A stretch of DNA of 64,000 bases from Blastocatellia bacterium (GCA_046331525.1 JAXLQQ010000026.1:330-64329); one strand, 5' to 3'; numbered from the stretch's first letter, positions 11,400-20,674 are shown. Program-made: numbers and translations. Notes: a model not told the origin generated them from the letters alone.

Positions 11400-12026
11400 A
11401 TGAGCCAAACGACAGAAGCAACTTTGTTATCCACCGTGCTGCCGCCCAAAACTTTTGACCTGGAAAAAATCGCTACTGGCGTGCGCTTGATTTTGGAAGG
11501 GATGGGCGAAGATGCCAATCGTCCCGGCCTTGCCGAAACGCCCCAGCGCGTCGCCGAAATGTATGGCGAAATTTGCGGCGGCTTATTTGAAGATGCGCAG
11601 GCGGAATTGAAAGTGCTGCCGACAGGAGCAAGTGAAGCTGCGCATGAAGAAATTGTCCTCGTCAAAGACATCACGCTCGCTTCAATCTGCGAACATCATT
11701 TAATTCCGTTTACAGGCGTGGCGCACGTCGCCTACATCCCACAGGATGGACGGATCGTCGGCTTATCAAAACTGGCGCGTGTTGTGGACATCTTTGCACG
11801 TCGTCCACAGGTGCAGGAACGATTGACGACGCAGATTGCGGATTTGCTTTTTGATGGGCCATTGAAACCGAGTGGCGTACTGGTCGTGATCGAAGCGGTG
11901 CATTTATGCATGACAATGCGCGGCATCAAAAAGCCCGGCGCGACGACGGTGACTTCGGCCCTGCGCGGCGTGTTTCGCACCGATGAAATTTTGCGCGCGG
12001 AAGCGATGACCTTTTTGAAACGATAA
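11400..12026 (+). CDS. folE: GTP cyclohydrolase I
   Basis: FolE motifs are [34 protein letters not shown] and RPQVQERLT. The track ORF starts at a GTG at 11337; the ATG at 11400 is preferred. Confidence 0.9.
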   Translation: MSQTTEATLLSTVLPPKTFDLEKIATGVRLILEGMGEDANRPGLAETPQRVAEMYGEICGGLFEDAQAELKVLPTGASEAAHEEIVLVKDITLASICEHHLIPFTGVAHVAYIPQDGRIVGLSKLARVVDIFARRPQVQERLTTQIADLLFDGPLKPSGVLVVIEAVHLCMTMRGIKKPGATTVTSALRGVFRTDEILRAEAMTFLKR

Positions 12027-12028
12027 TT

Positions 12029-12096
12029 ATGTACGACAGGCAGCTTGCCTGTCAGTAAAGCAGTAACGATTGACAGGCGAGCCGCCTGTCGTACAT
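12029..12096. repeat. Intergenic double-hairpin palindrome, family B (GTACGACA...)
   Basis: ATGTACGACAGGCAGCTTGCCTGTCA (12029-12054) faces TGACAGGCGAGCCGCCTGTCGTACAT (12071-12096). Each arm is itself a small hairpin. Confidence 0.8.
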
Positions 12097-12102
12097 CAAT
12101 CT

Positions 12103-13539
12103 ATGTTCGATAAATTCAAAGAAGAATGTGGTGTCTTTGGCATCTTCGGGAATGCCGAAGCGTCGAAGCTGGCTTATCTCGGTCTATATTCGATGCAGCA
12201 TCGCGGGCAGGAATCGGCGGGCATCGTGAGCGCCGATGGCGACAAACTCTACACCGAACGTGGGATGGGACACGTCAGCGATGTGTTTGACGAAGATCGG
12301 CTGGATCATTTGCCCGGTCATATTGCCATTGCGCACAATCGCTATTCAACGGCGGGCAAAGTCAGCCTTGCCGAAGCGCAGCCGTTTGCAGTGAATTGCA
12401 GTTTTGGCCCGCTCGCACTTTGTCACAATGGCAATTTGCCAGAGGCGATTGAGGCACGCGAACGGCTCGAACAGGACGGCGCGATTTTTCAATCCACTTC
12501 GGATACGGAAGTGTTGCTGCATCAAATTGCGCGCTCGAAAACCGCGAGTTTGCCTGAAGCGATCGTGGATGCGCTCAAACAACACGACGGCGCATATTCG
12601 CTGCTGTTCACTACGCCGACGCAATTAATTGCGGTGCGCGACTCGCGTGGGTTTCGCCCGTTGGCGATGGGCGATCTTGATGGCGCAACGGTGTTTGCTT
12701 CCGAAACCTGCGCTTTCGATTTGATCGGCGCGAAATACATTCGGGATGTCGAGCCGGGCGAAATGATTGTGGTGGATGAGCAGGGGCAGCATTCGTCAAA
12801 ACCCTTCGCACCCAAGCCTGTTTCGCATTGCATTTTTGAGCATGTTTATTTTGCGCGGCCCGATTCGCTGATTTTCGGGCGCAGCATCAACAAGAGCCGC
12901 CACAAAATGGGCCGTATTCTCGCGCGCGAACATCCGGCGAATGCGGATATCGTCGTACCCGTACCGGATTCGGGCGTGGCTGCCGCTGTTGGTTATGCTT
13001 CGGCTTCGGGATTGAAATTCCGCTTTGGTTTGGTGCGCAATCACTACGTCGGGCGCACATTCATCGAACCGCAATCGCAGATTCGGCATTTCGGCGTGAA
13101 GATTAAGTTGAATCCAGTGCGCGATTTGATCGAAGGCCGCCGCGTCGTCTTAATTGACGATTCGCTGGTGCGCGGTACGACTTCCAAGAAGATTGTCAAA
13201 ATGGTGCGCGATGCGGGCGCAACGGAAGTACATTTTCGCATCAGTTGTCCGCCTACGATTTCGCCGTGCTATTACGGCGTAGACACGCCCACGACCGAAG
13301 AGTTGATCGGCGCGAACAATTCCGTGCCGGAAATCTGCGATTTCATTGGCGCGGACTCGCTCGGCTATCTCAGCTTGGCGGGCTTGCGCGAAGCGGTCGG
13401 TGATTCGCCCGATTCGCATTTTTGTCAGGCGTGTTATACCGGGCACTATCCCACGCAACTCAAAAATCAACCCGTGCAAATTGCCAGCGCCCGCGCCGGG
13501 CAACGCGCGTTGTTTGAAAACGGAAAATTGAAAGAGTAG
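12103..13539 (+). CDS. purF: Amidophosphoribosyltransferase
   Basis: MFDKFKEECGVFGIFG (short propeptide, then the catalytic Cys), the Ntn glutaminase domain, and the PRTase motif VVLIDDSLVRGTTSKK. The ATG at 12103 is preferred over the track start at 12070. Confidence 0.93.
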   Translation: MFDKFKEECGVFGIFGNAEASKLAYLGLYSMQHRGQESAGIVSADGDKLYTERGMGHVSDVFDEDRLDHLPGHIAIAHNRYSTAGKVSLAEAQPFAVNCSFGPLALCHNGNLPEAIEARERLEQDGAIFQSTSDTEVLLHQIARSKTASLPEAIVDALKQHDGAYSLLFTTPTQLIAVRDSRGFRPLAMGDLDGATVFASETCAFDLIGAKYIRDVEPGEMIVVDEQGQHSSKPFAPKPVSHCIFEHVYFARPDSLIFGRSINKSRHKMGRILAREHPANADIVVPVPDSGVAAAVGYASASGLKFRFGLVRNHYVGRTFIEPQSQIRHFGVKIKLNPVRDLIEGRRVVLIDDSLVRGTTSKKIVKMVRDAGATEVHFRISCPPTISPCYYGVDTPTTEELIGANNSVPEICDFIGADSLGYLSLAGLREAVGDSPDSHFCQACYTGHYPTQLKNQPVQIASARAGQRALFENGKLKE

Positions 13540-13562
13540 GCGAGTCCTTTGCAATCAGGCGT

Positions 13563-13625
13563 CCTGAGTTCAAACTTTGGCAGGTTTTTTCTTACAGCAA
13601 AGCCCAGCTAAGGCTTGAACTCAGG
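13563..13625. repeat. Imperfect intergenic inverted repeat (CCTGAGTTCAA ... TTGAACTCAGG)
   Basis: The arms lie at 13563-13573 and 13615-13625, with imperfect extensions. It sits between purF and the MBL gene. Confidence 0.6.
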
Positions 13626-13648
13626 GCACCTGCTTCCCACAAAATTTT

Positions 13649-14626
13649 ATGCCTCAACGATTGCGACAAATTTTCGCTCTTTCCCTAATCGTTTTTCTCG
13701 CTTTGGGCGCGCTGTCCTGCCGGGCGAAAGTAGAAGAAGGGCATGACAAACTGGACAGTGGCCCTGCACCAAGCGGCAGTCTGCGCATTTACATGCTCGA
13801 CGTAGGGCAAGGCGACAGCTTGCTGATCCTTTCGCCGCAGGGCAAAAGCGTGCTGATTGATGCCGGGCCGCCAGACGCGGGCGATGAAGTCATTGCCGCG
13901 CTGCGCAAGCACGCCGTGAAGCAAATAGATTTAGCTGTTGCTACGCATCCGCACGCCGATCACATTGGCGGCATGAAAAAGGTGATGGATGCGTTGCCGG
14001 TCAAGAAATTCCTGGATAGCGGGCAAACCTACACGAGTGCGACATACGAACGAATGCTGCGCGAAATTCAGGAAAACAAAATCGGCTTTATCAAAGCGTT
14101 GCGCGGGCAAACGCTCGAACTGGAACCGGGCATCAAGTTGGAGGTGCTGAATCCGGGCAAAGAATTGCTGACGAATGTGCGCAGCGGCGGCAGCGTGGAA
14201 AATGCGAACTCCGTTGTGCTGCGGTTGAGCTACGGCAATTTTGCGATGCTCTTTACGGGCGATGCGGAATTTGAAACCGAAGCGCAGATGATGGACAGCG
14301 GCATGAATCTGAAAGCACAGGTGTTGAAAATCGGGCATCACGGTTCCCGCCATGCGACAAGCGGGAAATTTTTAGAAGCGGTCAATCCACAGGTCGCAGT
14401 GATTTCGGCAGCGGCGGTCAACGATTACGGTCATCCGTCACAGGACACCCTGGATCGGCTGAAACGTGCAAATATCAAAACCTTTCGCACCGATTTGAAC
14501 GGCGAAATTGAAATCTACTCAGATGGCAAAACCTTTAATGCCCATCCTGCGCAGCAAGTGCCGCTCGCGCAAACGTGGGAAGGCCACGAATCACCAAAAC
14601 GTAGAGCTGGCCGTGCTACCGAATGA
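13649..14626 (+). CDS. Secreted MBL-fold metallo-hydrolase (ComEC C-terminal-domain-like)
   Basis: 325 aa with a signal peptide. MBL motifs are DVGQGDS, ATHPHADHIGG and KIGHHGS. Confidence 0.8.
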   Translation: MPQRLRQIFALSLIVFLALGALSCRAKVEEGHDKLDSGPAPSGSLRIYMLDVGQGDSLLILSPQGKSVLIDAGPPDAGDEVIAALRKHAVKQIDLAVATHPHADHIGGMKKVMDALPVKKFLDSGQTYTSATYERMLREIQENKIGFIKALRGQTLELEPGIKLEVLNPGKELLTNVRSGGSVENANSVVLRLSYGNFAMLFTGDAEFETEAQMMDSGMNLKAQVLKIGHHGSRHATSGKFLEAVNPQVAVISAAAVNDYGHPSQDTLDRLKRANIKTFRTDLNGEIEIYSDGKTFNAHPAQQVPLAQTWEGHESPKRRAGRATE

Positions 14627-14658
14627 AGGTATAGAACGCAATCAAAAGGGTGAAGAAT

Positions 14659-14937
14659 ATGGCGAAGAAAAATGAAAACCCCGAAACTAGCATAATGTCC
14701 GCCGTGATTGATCGCGTCGAGGAAGGCTTAGCGGTCATTGCGCTTTCCGAAAAAGACGAAATCCAATTTAACCTACCGTTGTCATTACTTCCTGCCGGGG
14801 CAAAAGCGGGGGATTGGTTGAAACTCACGTTGGCCCTGGATAACGAAGGCACAACTGCGGCGCGCGCTCGTGTGACCGCCTTGCAAGCCGAACTTACGAA
14901 AGATAATGATCAGGAGCAAATGAATATCAAGTTATGA
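14659..14937 (+). CDS. DUF3006-like small protein
   Basis: AVIDRVEEGLAVIAL...LPLSLLPAGAKAGDWLKL resembles DUF3006, which commonly follows ComEC-like MBL genes. The start is uncertain (14650, 14659 or 14695). Its stop overlaps the purM ATG (ATGA at 14934-14937). Confidence 0.6.
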   Translation: MAKKNENPETSIMSAVIDRVEEGLAVIALSEKDEIQFNLPLSLLPAGAKAGDWLKLTLALDNEGTTAARARVTALQAELTKDNDQEQMNIKL

Positions 14938-15971
14938 CCCAAGGCATTAGTTACAAAGACGCAGGCGTAGATATTGACGCCGCCAATGAAACCACTTCAC
15001 GCATTAAGCAAATCGCCCGTCGCACCTTCAATGAGCGTGTGCTTTCTGACATCGGCAGCTTTGGCGGCATGTTTAGTGCTGCCTTCACCGACACACGTGA
15101 TCCCGTGCTGGTCGCAAGCTGCGATGGCGTAGGCACTAAACTCAAAATCGCCTTTGCTGCCGGGATCCATAACACGGTCGGTTACGACCTTGTTTCGCAT
15201 TGTTTCAATGACATTCTGGTGCAGGGCGCGAAGCCGTTATTCTTTTTGGATTACATTGCCACTGGCAGGCTCGAACCTGCAGTCGTCGAGCAAATCATCG
15301 AAGGCATGGCGCGCGCTTGTAGCGAAGGCGGCTGCGCGTTGCTTGGCGGCGAGACGGCGGAAATGCCGGGGTTTTATGCCGACGGCGAATACGACATTGC
15401 AGGCTTTATTGTCGGGATGGTAGATCGTAACAAAGTCATCAACGGCTCACGCATCGTCGCGGGCGATTTGGTGCTCGGCTTGCCTGCGATTGGTTTGCAC
15501 ACGAATGGCTACAGTCTGGCGCGCTAGATTTTGTTGGATATTGCGGGCTATCAGATAGACACGCATGTGGATGAACTGGGCTGCACGGTTGGTGCAGAAT
15601 TGCTGAAAAACCACAAAAGCTATTTACCCGCGCTCAAGCACTTAATCTCGCGCGAAGGCGTCATCAAAGGCTTAGCGCACATCACTGGTGGCGGCTTGGT
15701 CGAAAATATCCCGCGCATTTTGCCGACTAATGTGGATGTCGCGTTGCGCGAGGGAAGCTGGCCTGTATTGCCTGTTTACGACCTGATGCAAAAGATTGGC
15801 AACGTGCCGCGCGAAGAAATGCTGCGGACCTTCAATCTCGGCCTCGGCATGATTGTCATTGTCAGCCCGCAGTATGCCAATTTGGTGAAAGATAATTTTG
15901 TACAAGCAGGAGAGGCATTTTACGAAGTGGGCGAAGTCGTGGAAGGCGATGGCAAAGTCGTTTTTGTGTAA
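14934..15971 (+). pseudogene. purM: Phosphoribosylformylglycinamidine cyclo-ligase (AIR synthase) interrupted by an in-frame TAG at 15525-15527
   Basis: Track ORFs 14934..15527 and 15531..15971 share one frame. Together they read ...GLHTNGYSLAR*ILLDIAGY..., colinear with PurM (YSLxRKIL). The stop sits where a Lys codon is expected (AAG to TAG). Confidence 0.85.
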
Positions 15972-15988
15972 GTTGCTCATGTCCCCGT

Positions 15989-16225
15989 ATGCCTGAAGAA
16001 AGAAAGCTTCGGCCTGTTTTTAGAGTAGCTGCTATTTCCGTCGGACTATGTATTGAAGTGGTAAGTTTGATCAGTATGGTTTTGGCTCTCGTGGACAGGC
16101 ACTTTAGTTGGCATTTGGTAATGCTATTGATTGCAACGTTCGCTCTTGGCCTAATCTTTCTGTGCGCCGGTATCACGGGAACGAATCACATCCTCGAAAC
16201 AGAAGAAGATGAACAAGGACGGTGA
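15989..16225 (+). CDS. Hypothetical small membrane protein
   Basis: A 78-aa ORF with two hydrophobic segments and no recognisable family. Confidence 0.35.
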   Translation: MPEERKLRPVFRVAAISVGLCIEVVSLISMVLALVDRHFSWHLVMLLIATFALGLIFLCAGITGTNHILETEEDEQGR

Positions 16226-16228
16226 CGT

Positions 16229-16633
16229 TTGTTGCGACGATACCTGAACCCGGAAACCTTGCCGGATTGGAAAGAATTTTTCACCCAAGTGGTCACCGTC
16301 GAATCGCACGGCGTCAAGACAATCTATGTTTCCGGGCAAGTGGGCGTAGACGCAGAGCAGAATTTAGTAGGTGATGGAAGCTTTGCCGCACAAGCTGAAC
16401 AAGCGTTTGCGAATCTCGCTACGGCATTGGCGAGCGCGGGTGCAGAGCTTGCCGATGTCGTCAAACTCAATCTCTATATCGTCAATTACCAATACGAACA
16501 CGCGGCAGTGATTGGAGCCTTAATTCGACAATCCTTTCCGGCAGGGCATTTGCCCGCCTGTTCGCTGCTTGGCATACAGGCACTAGCGCGGAAAGAGTTT
16601 TTGATCGAAGTGGAAGCTACTGCCGTTTGCTGA
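16229..16633 (+). CDS. RidA/YjgF/TdcF family protein
   Basis: 134 aa. INPETLP-like N-terminus, ...IYVSGQVGVD..., and a C-terminal ...LIEVEATAV typical of RidA-fold proteins. The start is TTG. Confidence 0.75.
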   Translation: MLRRYLNPETLPDWKEFFTQVVTVESHGVKTIYVSGQVGVDAEQNLVGDGSFAAQAEQAFANLATALASAGAELADVVKLNLYIVNYQYEHAAVIGALIRQSFPAGHLPACSLLGIQALARKEFLIEVEATAVC

Positions 16634-16646
16634 CTCTTTGTTGTAA

Positions 16647-16784
16647 CGCGGCAGCGCCTGGGAGCGCACGCGGAAGCGCGTGCTCAGGCGTGAGAAGCCA
16701 TAACTTTTTTCGTAGCGTATTCGCGCCTTACGTCTCAGCACGCGCTTCCGCGTGCGCTCCCAGGCGCTGCCGCGTCCACCAGAT
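16647..16784. repeat. Long intergenic inverted repeat (about 41-nt arms)
   Basis: CGCGGCAGCGCCTGGGAGCGCACGCGGAAGCGCGTGCTCAG (16647-16687) faces its near-perfect reverse complement (16734-16784). It lies between the RidA stop and the peptidase start. Confidence 0.85.
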
Positions 16785-16824
16785 AAACCAAAATCTGACT
16801 GTCACTAGCCTGAATGTATTCAGT

Positions 16825-19389
16825 ATGAAAATCCGCAAATTCACGTCGCTTTGCCTCACGTTTCTTTTATTCTCCAACCCCCTTTTCGCCCAGCAACCGG
16901 CGGCGAAGAAATTCGAGTTAACGGTGGACAGCATTATGCGCGGGCCGGAACTCGTGGGGTATCCGCCGACAGGCGTGTATTGGTCGCGCGATTCTCAGCG
17001 GGTGTATTTTCGCTGGCGGCAGGCGAATGAACGGCTGAAAGAACCGGATTTATACGTCGTCAATCGCGATGGCGGCGGGTTGCGCAAACTTTCCGAAGAC
17101 GAAGCAAAGCTCGCGCCGCCTGCGTTTGGTGAATTGTCAAAGGATAAAACGCTGACGCTGTTTGCCGAGGACGGTGACATCTTTTTGTACGATCACGCGA
17201 AGAAGGAGCGTCGGCAGATTACAAAAACGAGCGACAGCGAAAACAGCCCGCGCTTCACCTTCGATCAAAAACATATCGCGTTTACGCGGCAGAATAATTT
17301 GTATGTGATGGCATTGGATGGCGGCTCGCTCGTGCAGCTTACCGACATTCGCACGGGCGGCGCAGCACCTGCCCCCACATTGGCTTTCGGCGGTGGCGGT
17401 CGTGGCGGTGGGCGCGGTGGCGGTGCGGCGCAACAGGGCGGCAGTTCCGGCGAACAGCAACGCGGCACCGAGAGTCAGGAATATCTCAAGAAAGAAGAAC
17501 GCGCCCTGCTCGAAGTCATCCGCGAACGCGCGCAACAACGCGAAGAACGCGAAGCCAAAAACAAGCAACGTGAAAAGCGCAAGCCGTTTCAGCTTCCGGC
17601 TAATCAATCTGTCAGCAATCTGCAACTGACGCCGGATGAAAAATACGTGATTGCCAATGTAATCGAACCCGGCATCGGCGCGAAGAATGCGATTGTGCCG
17701 AACTATGTGACCGAATCGGCCTACACCGAAGACCTTCCGGCACGAAATATGGTCGGCGACAATCAGGGGCGTTCGCGGATGGCGATTATCTCCGTCGAAA
17801 CGGGAGAAGTGAAATACGTGGATCACGGCCAAACTGCTGCCGCCAACGCCTCCGGCGCGCAGACACCGCCTGATGCTGATGAACCGCAGGGACAGGCAAG
17901 AGCAAGCGAACGCGCCTTACAACTGCTCAGCCCAATCTGGTCAGAGGATGGCAAGCAGGCTGTGCTTATCGCGCGCGCAGCGGACAACAAAGATCGCTGG
18001 ATTATGAAGCTTGATCCGGCGACAGCAAAAACGACGGTGCTGGATCGTTTGCACGATGATGCGTGGGTGAATAACTTCGGCCTGACGGTGCTGGGTTGGT
18101 TGCCAGATGGCAAGACGGTTTACTTTGTTTCGGAACGCGACGGCTACGCGCACCTATATACGCAGAGCGTTGATGGGGGGGCGGCAAGGCAATTGACGAA
18201 AGGCCCTTACGAAGTTTTTGACGTGCAGGTGTCAGAGGAAAAAACGAAGTTTTATTTCACTTCGAGCGAAGGCAAATATGCGGCGACGCAGGATTGGAAA
18301 GGGATTAGCGAACCATTCAACGCCGATGACGTCAGCAGTTTCTCGCGGCATTTGTACGCGATGAATTTTGACGGCAGCAACAAAGCGCGCGTCACGAATA
18401 TGAAAGGCAGCAATCAAGCGACGGTTGCGCCCGATGGCTCGATGCTTGCGCTGATTCGTTCCTACGCCAACAAGCCGCCGGAATTGTACCTCGCGGCGAA
18501 TAACCCAACCGCTGAAGCCAAACAAATCACGACTTCGCCGATTGCAGAATTCAACGAATACAATTGGCAGGACGCGCCGCTCGTGCAATTCAAAGCGCGC
18601 GATGGAGCGTTTGTGCCAGCGCAGCTTTTCAAACCGAAAAACTATCAACGCGGTGGCCCGGCGGTGATCTTTGTGCACGGCGCGGGCTATGCGCAGAACG
18701 TGCATAAATATTGGAGCGGGAATTACTATCGCGAATATATGTTTCATCATTTGCTGATGGAGCGCGGCTTTCTGGTGCTAAATATTGATTACCGCGCGTC
18801 GTCAGGCTATGGCCGCGATTGGCGGACGGGCATCTACCGGTACATGGGCGGCAAGGATTTGAGCGATCAGGTGGACGGCGCGAAATACCTCATTAGCGAA
18901 CACGGCGTAGACGCGAAACGCATTGGCATTTACGGCGGCAGCTATGGCGGCTTTATGACGCTGATGGCGATGTTTACGGAACCGGATGTGTTCGCGGCGG
19001 GCGCGGCCTTGCGTCCGGTAACAGATTGGGCGCATTACAATCACGGCTACACGTCGAACATTCTGAACAATCCGCAAAACGATGCCGAAGCCTACAAACA
19101 AAGCTCGCCGATCTATTTTGCGCAGGGACTGAAAGGCGCACTGCTGATCTGTCACGGGATGGTGGATGTGAACGTGCATTTTCAGGATTCGGTGCGGCTG
19201 GCGCAGCGATTGATCGAACTCAAAAAAGAGAACTGGGAACTCGCCGTATATCCAGTAGAAGATCACGGCTTTGAACGAGCGTCGAGCTGGACGGATGAAT
19301 ACAAGCGGATATTGAAACTGTTTACGGAACATCTGAATGCCAAACCGGGTGCGGTGGCAGGGGAAAAAGCAAGTAAAAAAACAAAGTGA
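16825..19389 (+). CDS. S9-family serine peptidase (DPP-IV / prolyl oligopeptidase type)
   Basis: The ATG at 16825 gives the signal peptide MKIRKFTSLCLTFLLFSNPLFAQQ. There is a beta-propeller-type N-terminal region and the catalytic GGSYGGFMT nucleophile elbow; the Asp/His region is ...CHGMVDVNV...EDHGF. Confidence 0.85.
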   Translation: MKIRKFTSLCLTFLLFSNPLFAQQPAAKKFELTVDSIMRGPELVGYPPTGVYWSRDSQRVYFRWRQANERLKEPDLYVVNRDGGGLRKLSEDEAKLAPPAFGELSKDKTLTLFAEDGDIFLYDHAKKERRQITKTSDSENSPRFTFDQKHIAFTRQNNLYVMALDGGSLVQLTDIRTGGAAPAPTLAFGGGGRGGGRGGGAAQQGGSSGEQQRGTESQEYLKKEERALLEVIRERAQQREEREAKNKQREKRKPFQLPANQSVSNLQLTPDEKYVIANVIEPGIGAKNAIVPNYVTESAYTEDLPARNMVGDNQGRSRMAIISVETGEVKYVDHGQTAAANASGAQTPPDADEPQGQARASERALQLLSPIWSEDGKQAVLIARAADNKDRWIMKLDPATAKTTVLDRLHDDAWVNNFGLTVLGWLPDGKTVYFVSERDGYAHLYTQSVDGGAARQLTKGPYEVFDVQVSEEKTKFYFTSSEGKYAATQDWKGISEPFNADDVSSFSRHLYAMNFDGSNKARVTNMKGSNQATVAPDGSMLALIRSYANKPPELYLAANNPTAEAKQITTSPIAEFNEYNWQDAPLVQFKARDGAFVPAQLFKPKNYQRGGPAVIFVHGAGYAQNVHKYWSGNYYREYMFHHLLMERGFLVLNIDYRASSGYGRDWRTGIYRYMGGKDLSDQVDGAKYLISEHGVDAKRIGIYGGSYGGFMTLMAMFTEPDVFAAGAALRPVTDWAHYNHGYTSNILNNPQNDAEAYKQSSPIYFAQGLKGALLICHGMVDVNVHFQDSVRLAQRLIELKKENWELAVYPVEDHGFERASSWTDEYKRILKLFTEHLNAKPGAVAGEKASKKTK

Positions 19390-19452
19390 GCGTGTGTACC
19401 GCACCGGCAGGCGCATTCGCTATCCTTGTTTACAGGGCGCATAATGTTTCAT

Positions 19453-20502
19453 ATGGCAACACGAAACATTATTGTCGTTGGGGCATCGGCAGGCGGGTTT
19501 GAGGCGCTGAAAACTTTGGTGGCGGGGCTACCGCCGAAGCTGGAATCATCACTGTTTATTGTTTGGCATATGTCGCCGGATATTCGCGGAGTCTTGCCGC
19601 ACGTGCTTAATCGCCTGAATACGATTCTGGCGGCGCACGCCTACGATTACGAACCGATCCAAACAAATCGCATTTATATCGCACCGCCGGATCATCATCT
19701 GCTAGTGGAAAGCGGTTATGTGCGCGTCACGCGCGGGCCGAAGGAAAATCGCTTTCGCCCGGCGGTGGATCCGCTCTTTCGGTCAGCGGCGTATGCCTAC
19801 GGCGCGCGCGTGATTGGCGTGGTTCTTTCCGGTGCCTTAGACGATGGTACGGCGGGGTTGTGGACGATTAAGCAACGCGGCGGCTTGGCGATTGTGCAAG
19901 ACCCGCAGGATGCCGAAGTGCCTTCGATGCCGGAGAATGCCTTGCGCGAAGTCGTGGTTGATTACTGTGTTTCCATCGCCGTATTGCCTGACTTACTTGT
20001 GCAACTGAGTCAGGAAGAAGTAACAGAAGAGGTTCGTATGGCGGACAAAAGAGAGGACGAAAAAACGGCTATCGAAATTCGCATTGCGGCGCAGGACAGC
20101 GCCTTTGAGGCAGGAGTGATGAAGCTCGGCGCGCTTACGCCATACACCTGTCCCGAATGTCATGGTGTGCTTTCGGCGCTTCAGGACGGGCAGCGCATTC
20201 GCTATCGCTGTCACACCGGTCATGCGTTTTCGGCGGATAGCTTGCTGGCGACGATTACTGAACGGATCGAAGACAGTGTGTACAGCGCGATTCGTGGCGT
20301 TGAGGAAAGCGTGCTGTTGCTGAATCACATCGGCGATCACTTTGCCGAAGTGAATCAACCCAAATTAGCCGCCGTCTATTTTCGCAAAGCGAAAGACGCC
20401 GAAGCGCGCGCGCAACTCCTCCGACAAACCGTGTTATCGCACGAGCAATTGAGTCAGGAGAGTCTGCAACAACAGGCAGAGAACGAGAACAAAGATAGCT
20501 AA
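19453..20502 (+). CDS. Stand-alone CheB-type methylesterase (no receiver domain) with C-terminal Cys/His-rich domain
   Basis: NIIVVGASAGGFEALKTLV, VWHMSPD and VLSGALDDGTAGL are CheB methylesterase motifs. The C-terminal part has YTCPECHG...YRCHTGHAFS. Confidence 0.8.
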   Translation: MATRNIIVVGASAGGFEALKTLVAGLPPKLESSLFIVWHMSPDIRGVLPHVLNRLNTILAAHAYDYEPIQTNRIYIAPPDHHLLVESGYVRVTRGPKENRFRPAVDPLFRSAAYAYGARVIGVVLSGALDDGTAGLWTIKQRGGLAIVQDPQDAEVPSMPENALREVVVDYCVSIAVLPDLLVQLSQEEVTEEVRMADKREDEKTAIEIRIAAQDSAFEAGVMKLGALTPYTCPECHGVLSALQDGQRIRYRCHTGHAFSADSLLATITERIEDSVYSAIRGVEESVLLLNHIGDHFAEVNQPKLAAVYFRKAKDAEARAQLLRQTVLSHEQLSQESLQQQAENENKDS

Positions 20503-20525
20503 AGCTACGCGACCTGTAAGTAATG

Positions 20526-20651
20526 CAGTACGCGCGAGCGTGAGTGACCTGAGCGGTGATGAGCGAGTGACTTATTGGTAGGGGCGTACATCAGTGATCC
20601 ACGAGTGTCTCTACTCCGCACTGCTCAGGTCGCTCACGCTCGCGCGTACTG
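20526..20651. repeat. Intergenic palindromic element, family C (CAGTACG..GAGCGTGAG.GACCTGAGC)
   Basis: 29-nt arms at 20526-20554 and 20623-20651 form a perfect inverted repeat. The same family recurs at 43272-43353. Confidence 0.85.
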
Positions 20652-20674
20652 ACCCAATACTCGCCCCGATATTT

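Noticed and set aside
15525-15527. The TAG in purM as programmed recoding (pyrrolysine or read-through)
   Set aside because: TAG functions as an ordinary stop for other genes here (e.g. purF at 13537-13539, the J-domain protein at 41669-41671). No pyl genes or recoding structure is visible, and the position corresponds to a plain conserved Lys.
16627-16824. Long N-terminal extensions proposed by the ORF track (16627 for the peptidase, 27339 for purN, 48005 for the symporter, 49464 for lipA, 50387 for the ferredoxin, 39851, 51735, 55510, 35647)
   Set aside because: The extensions overlap upstream genes or palindromic repeats, start at non-ATG codons and lack family similarity. Internal ATGs give canonical N-termini or signal peptides.
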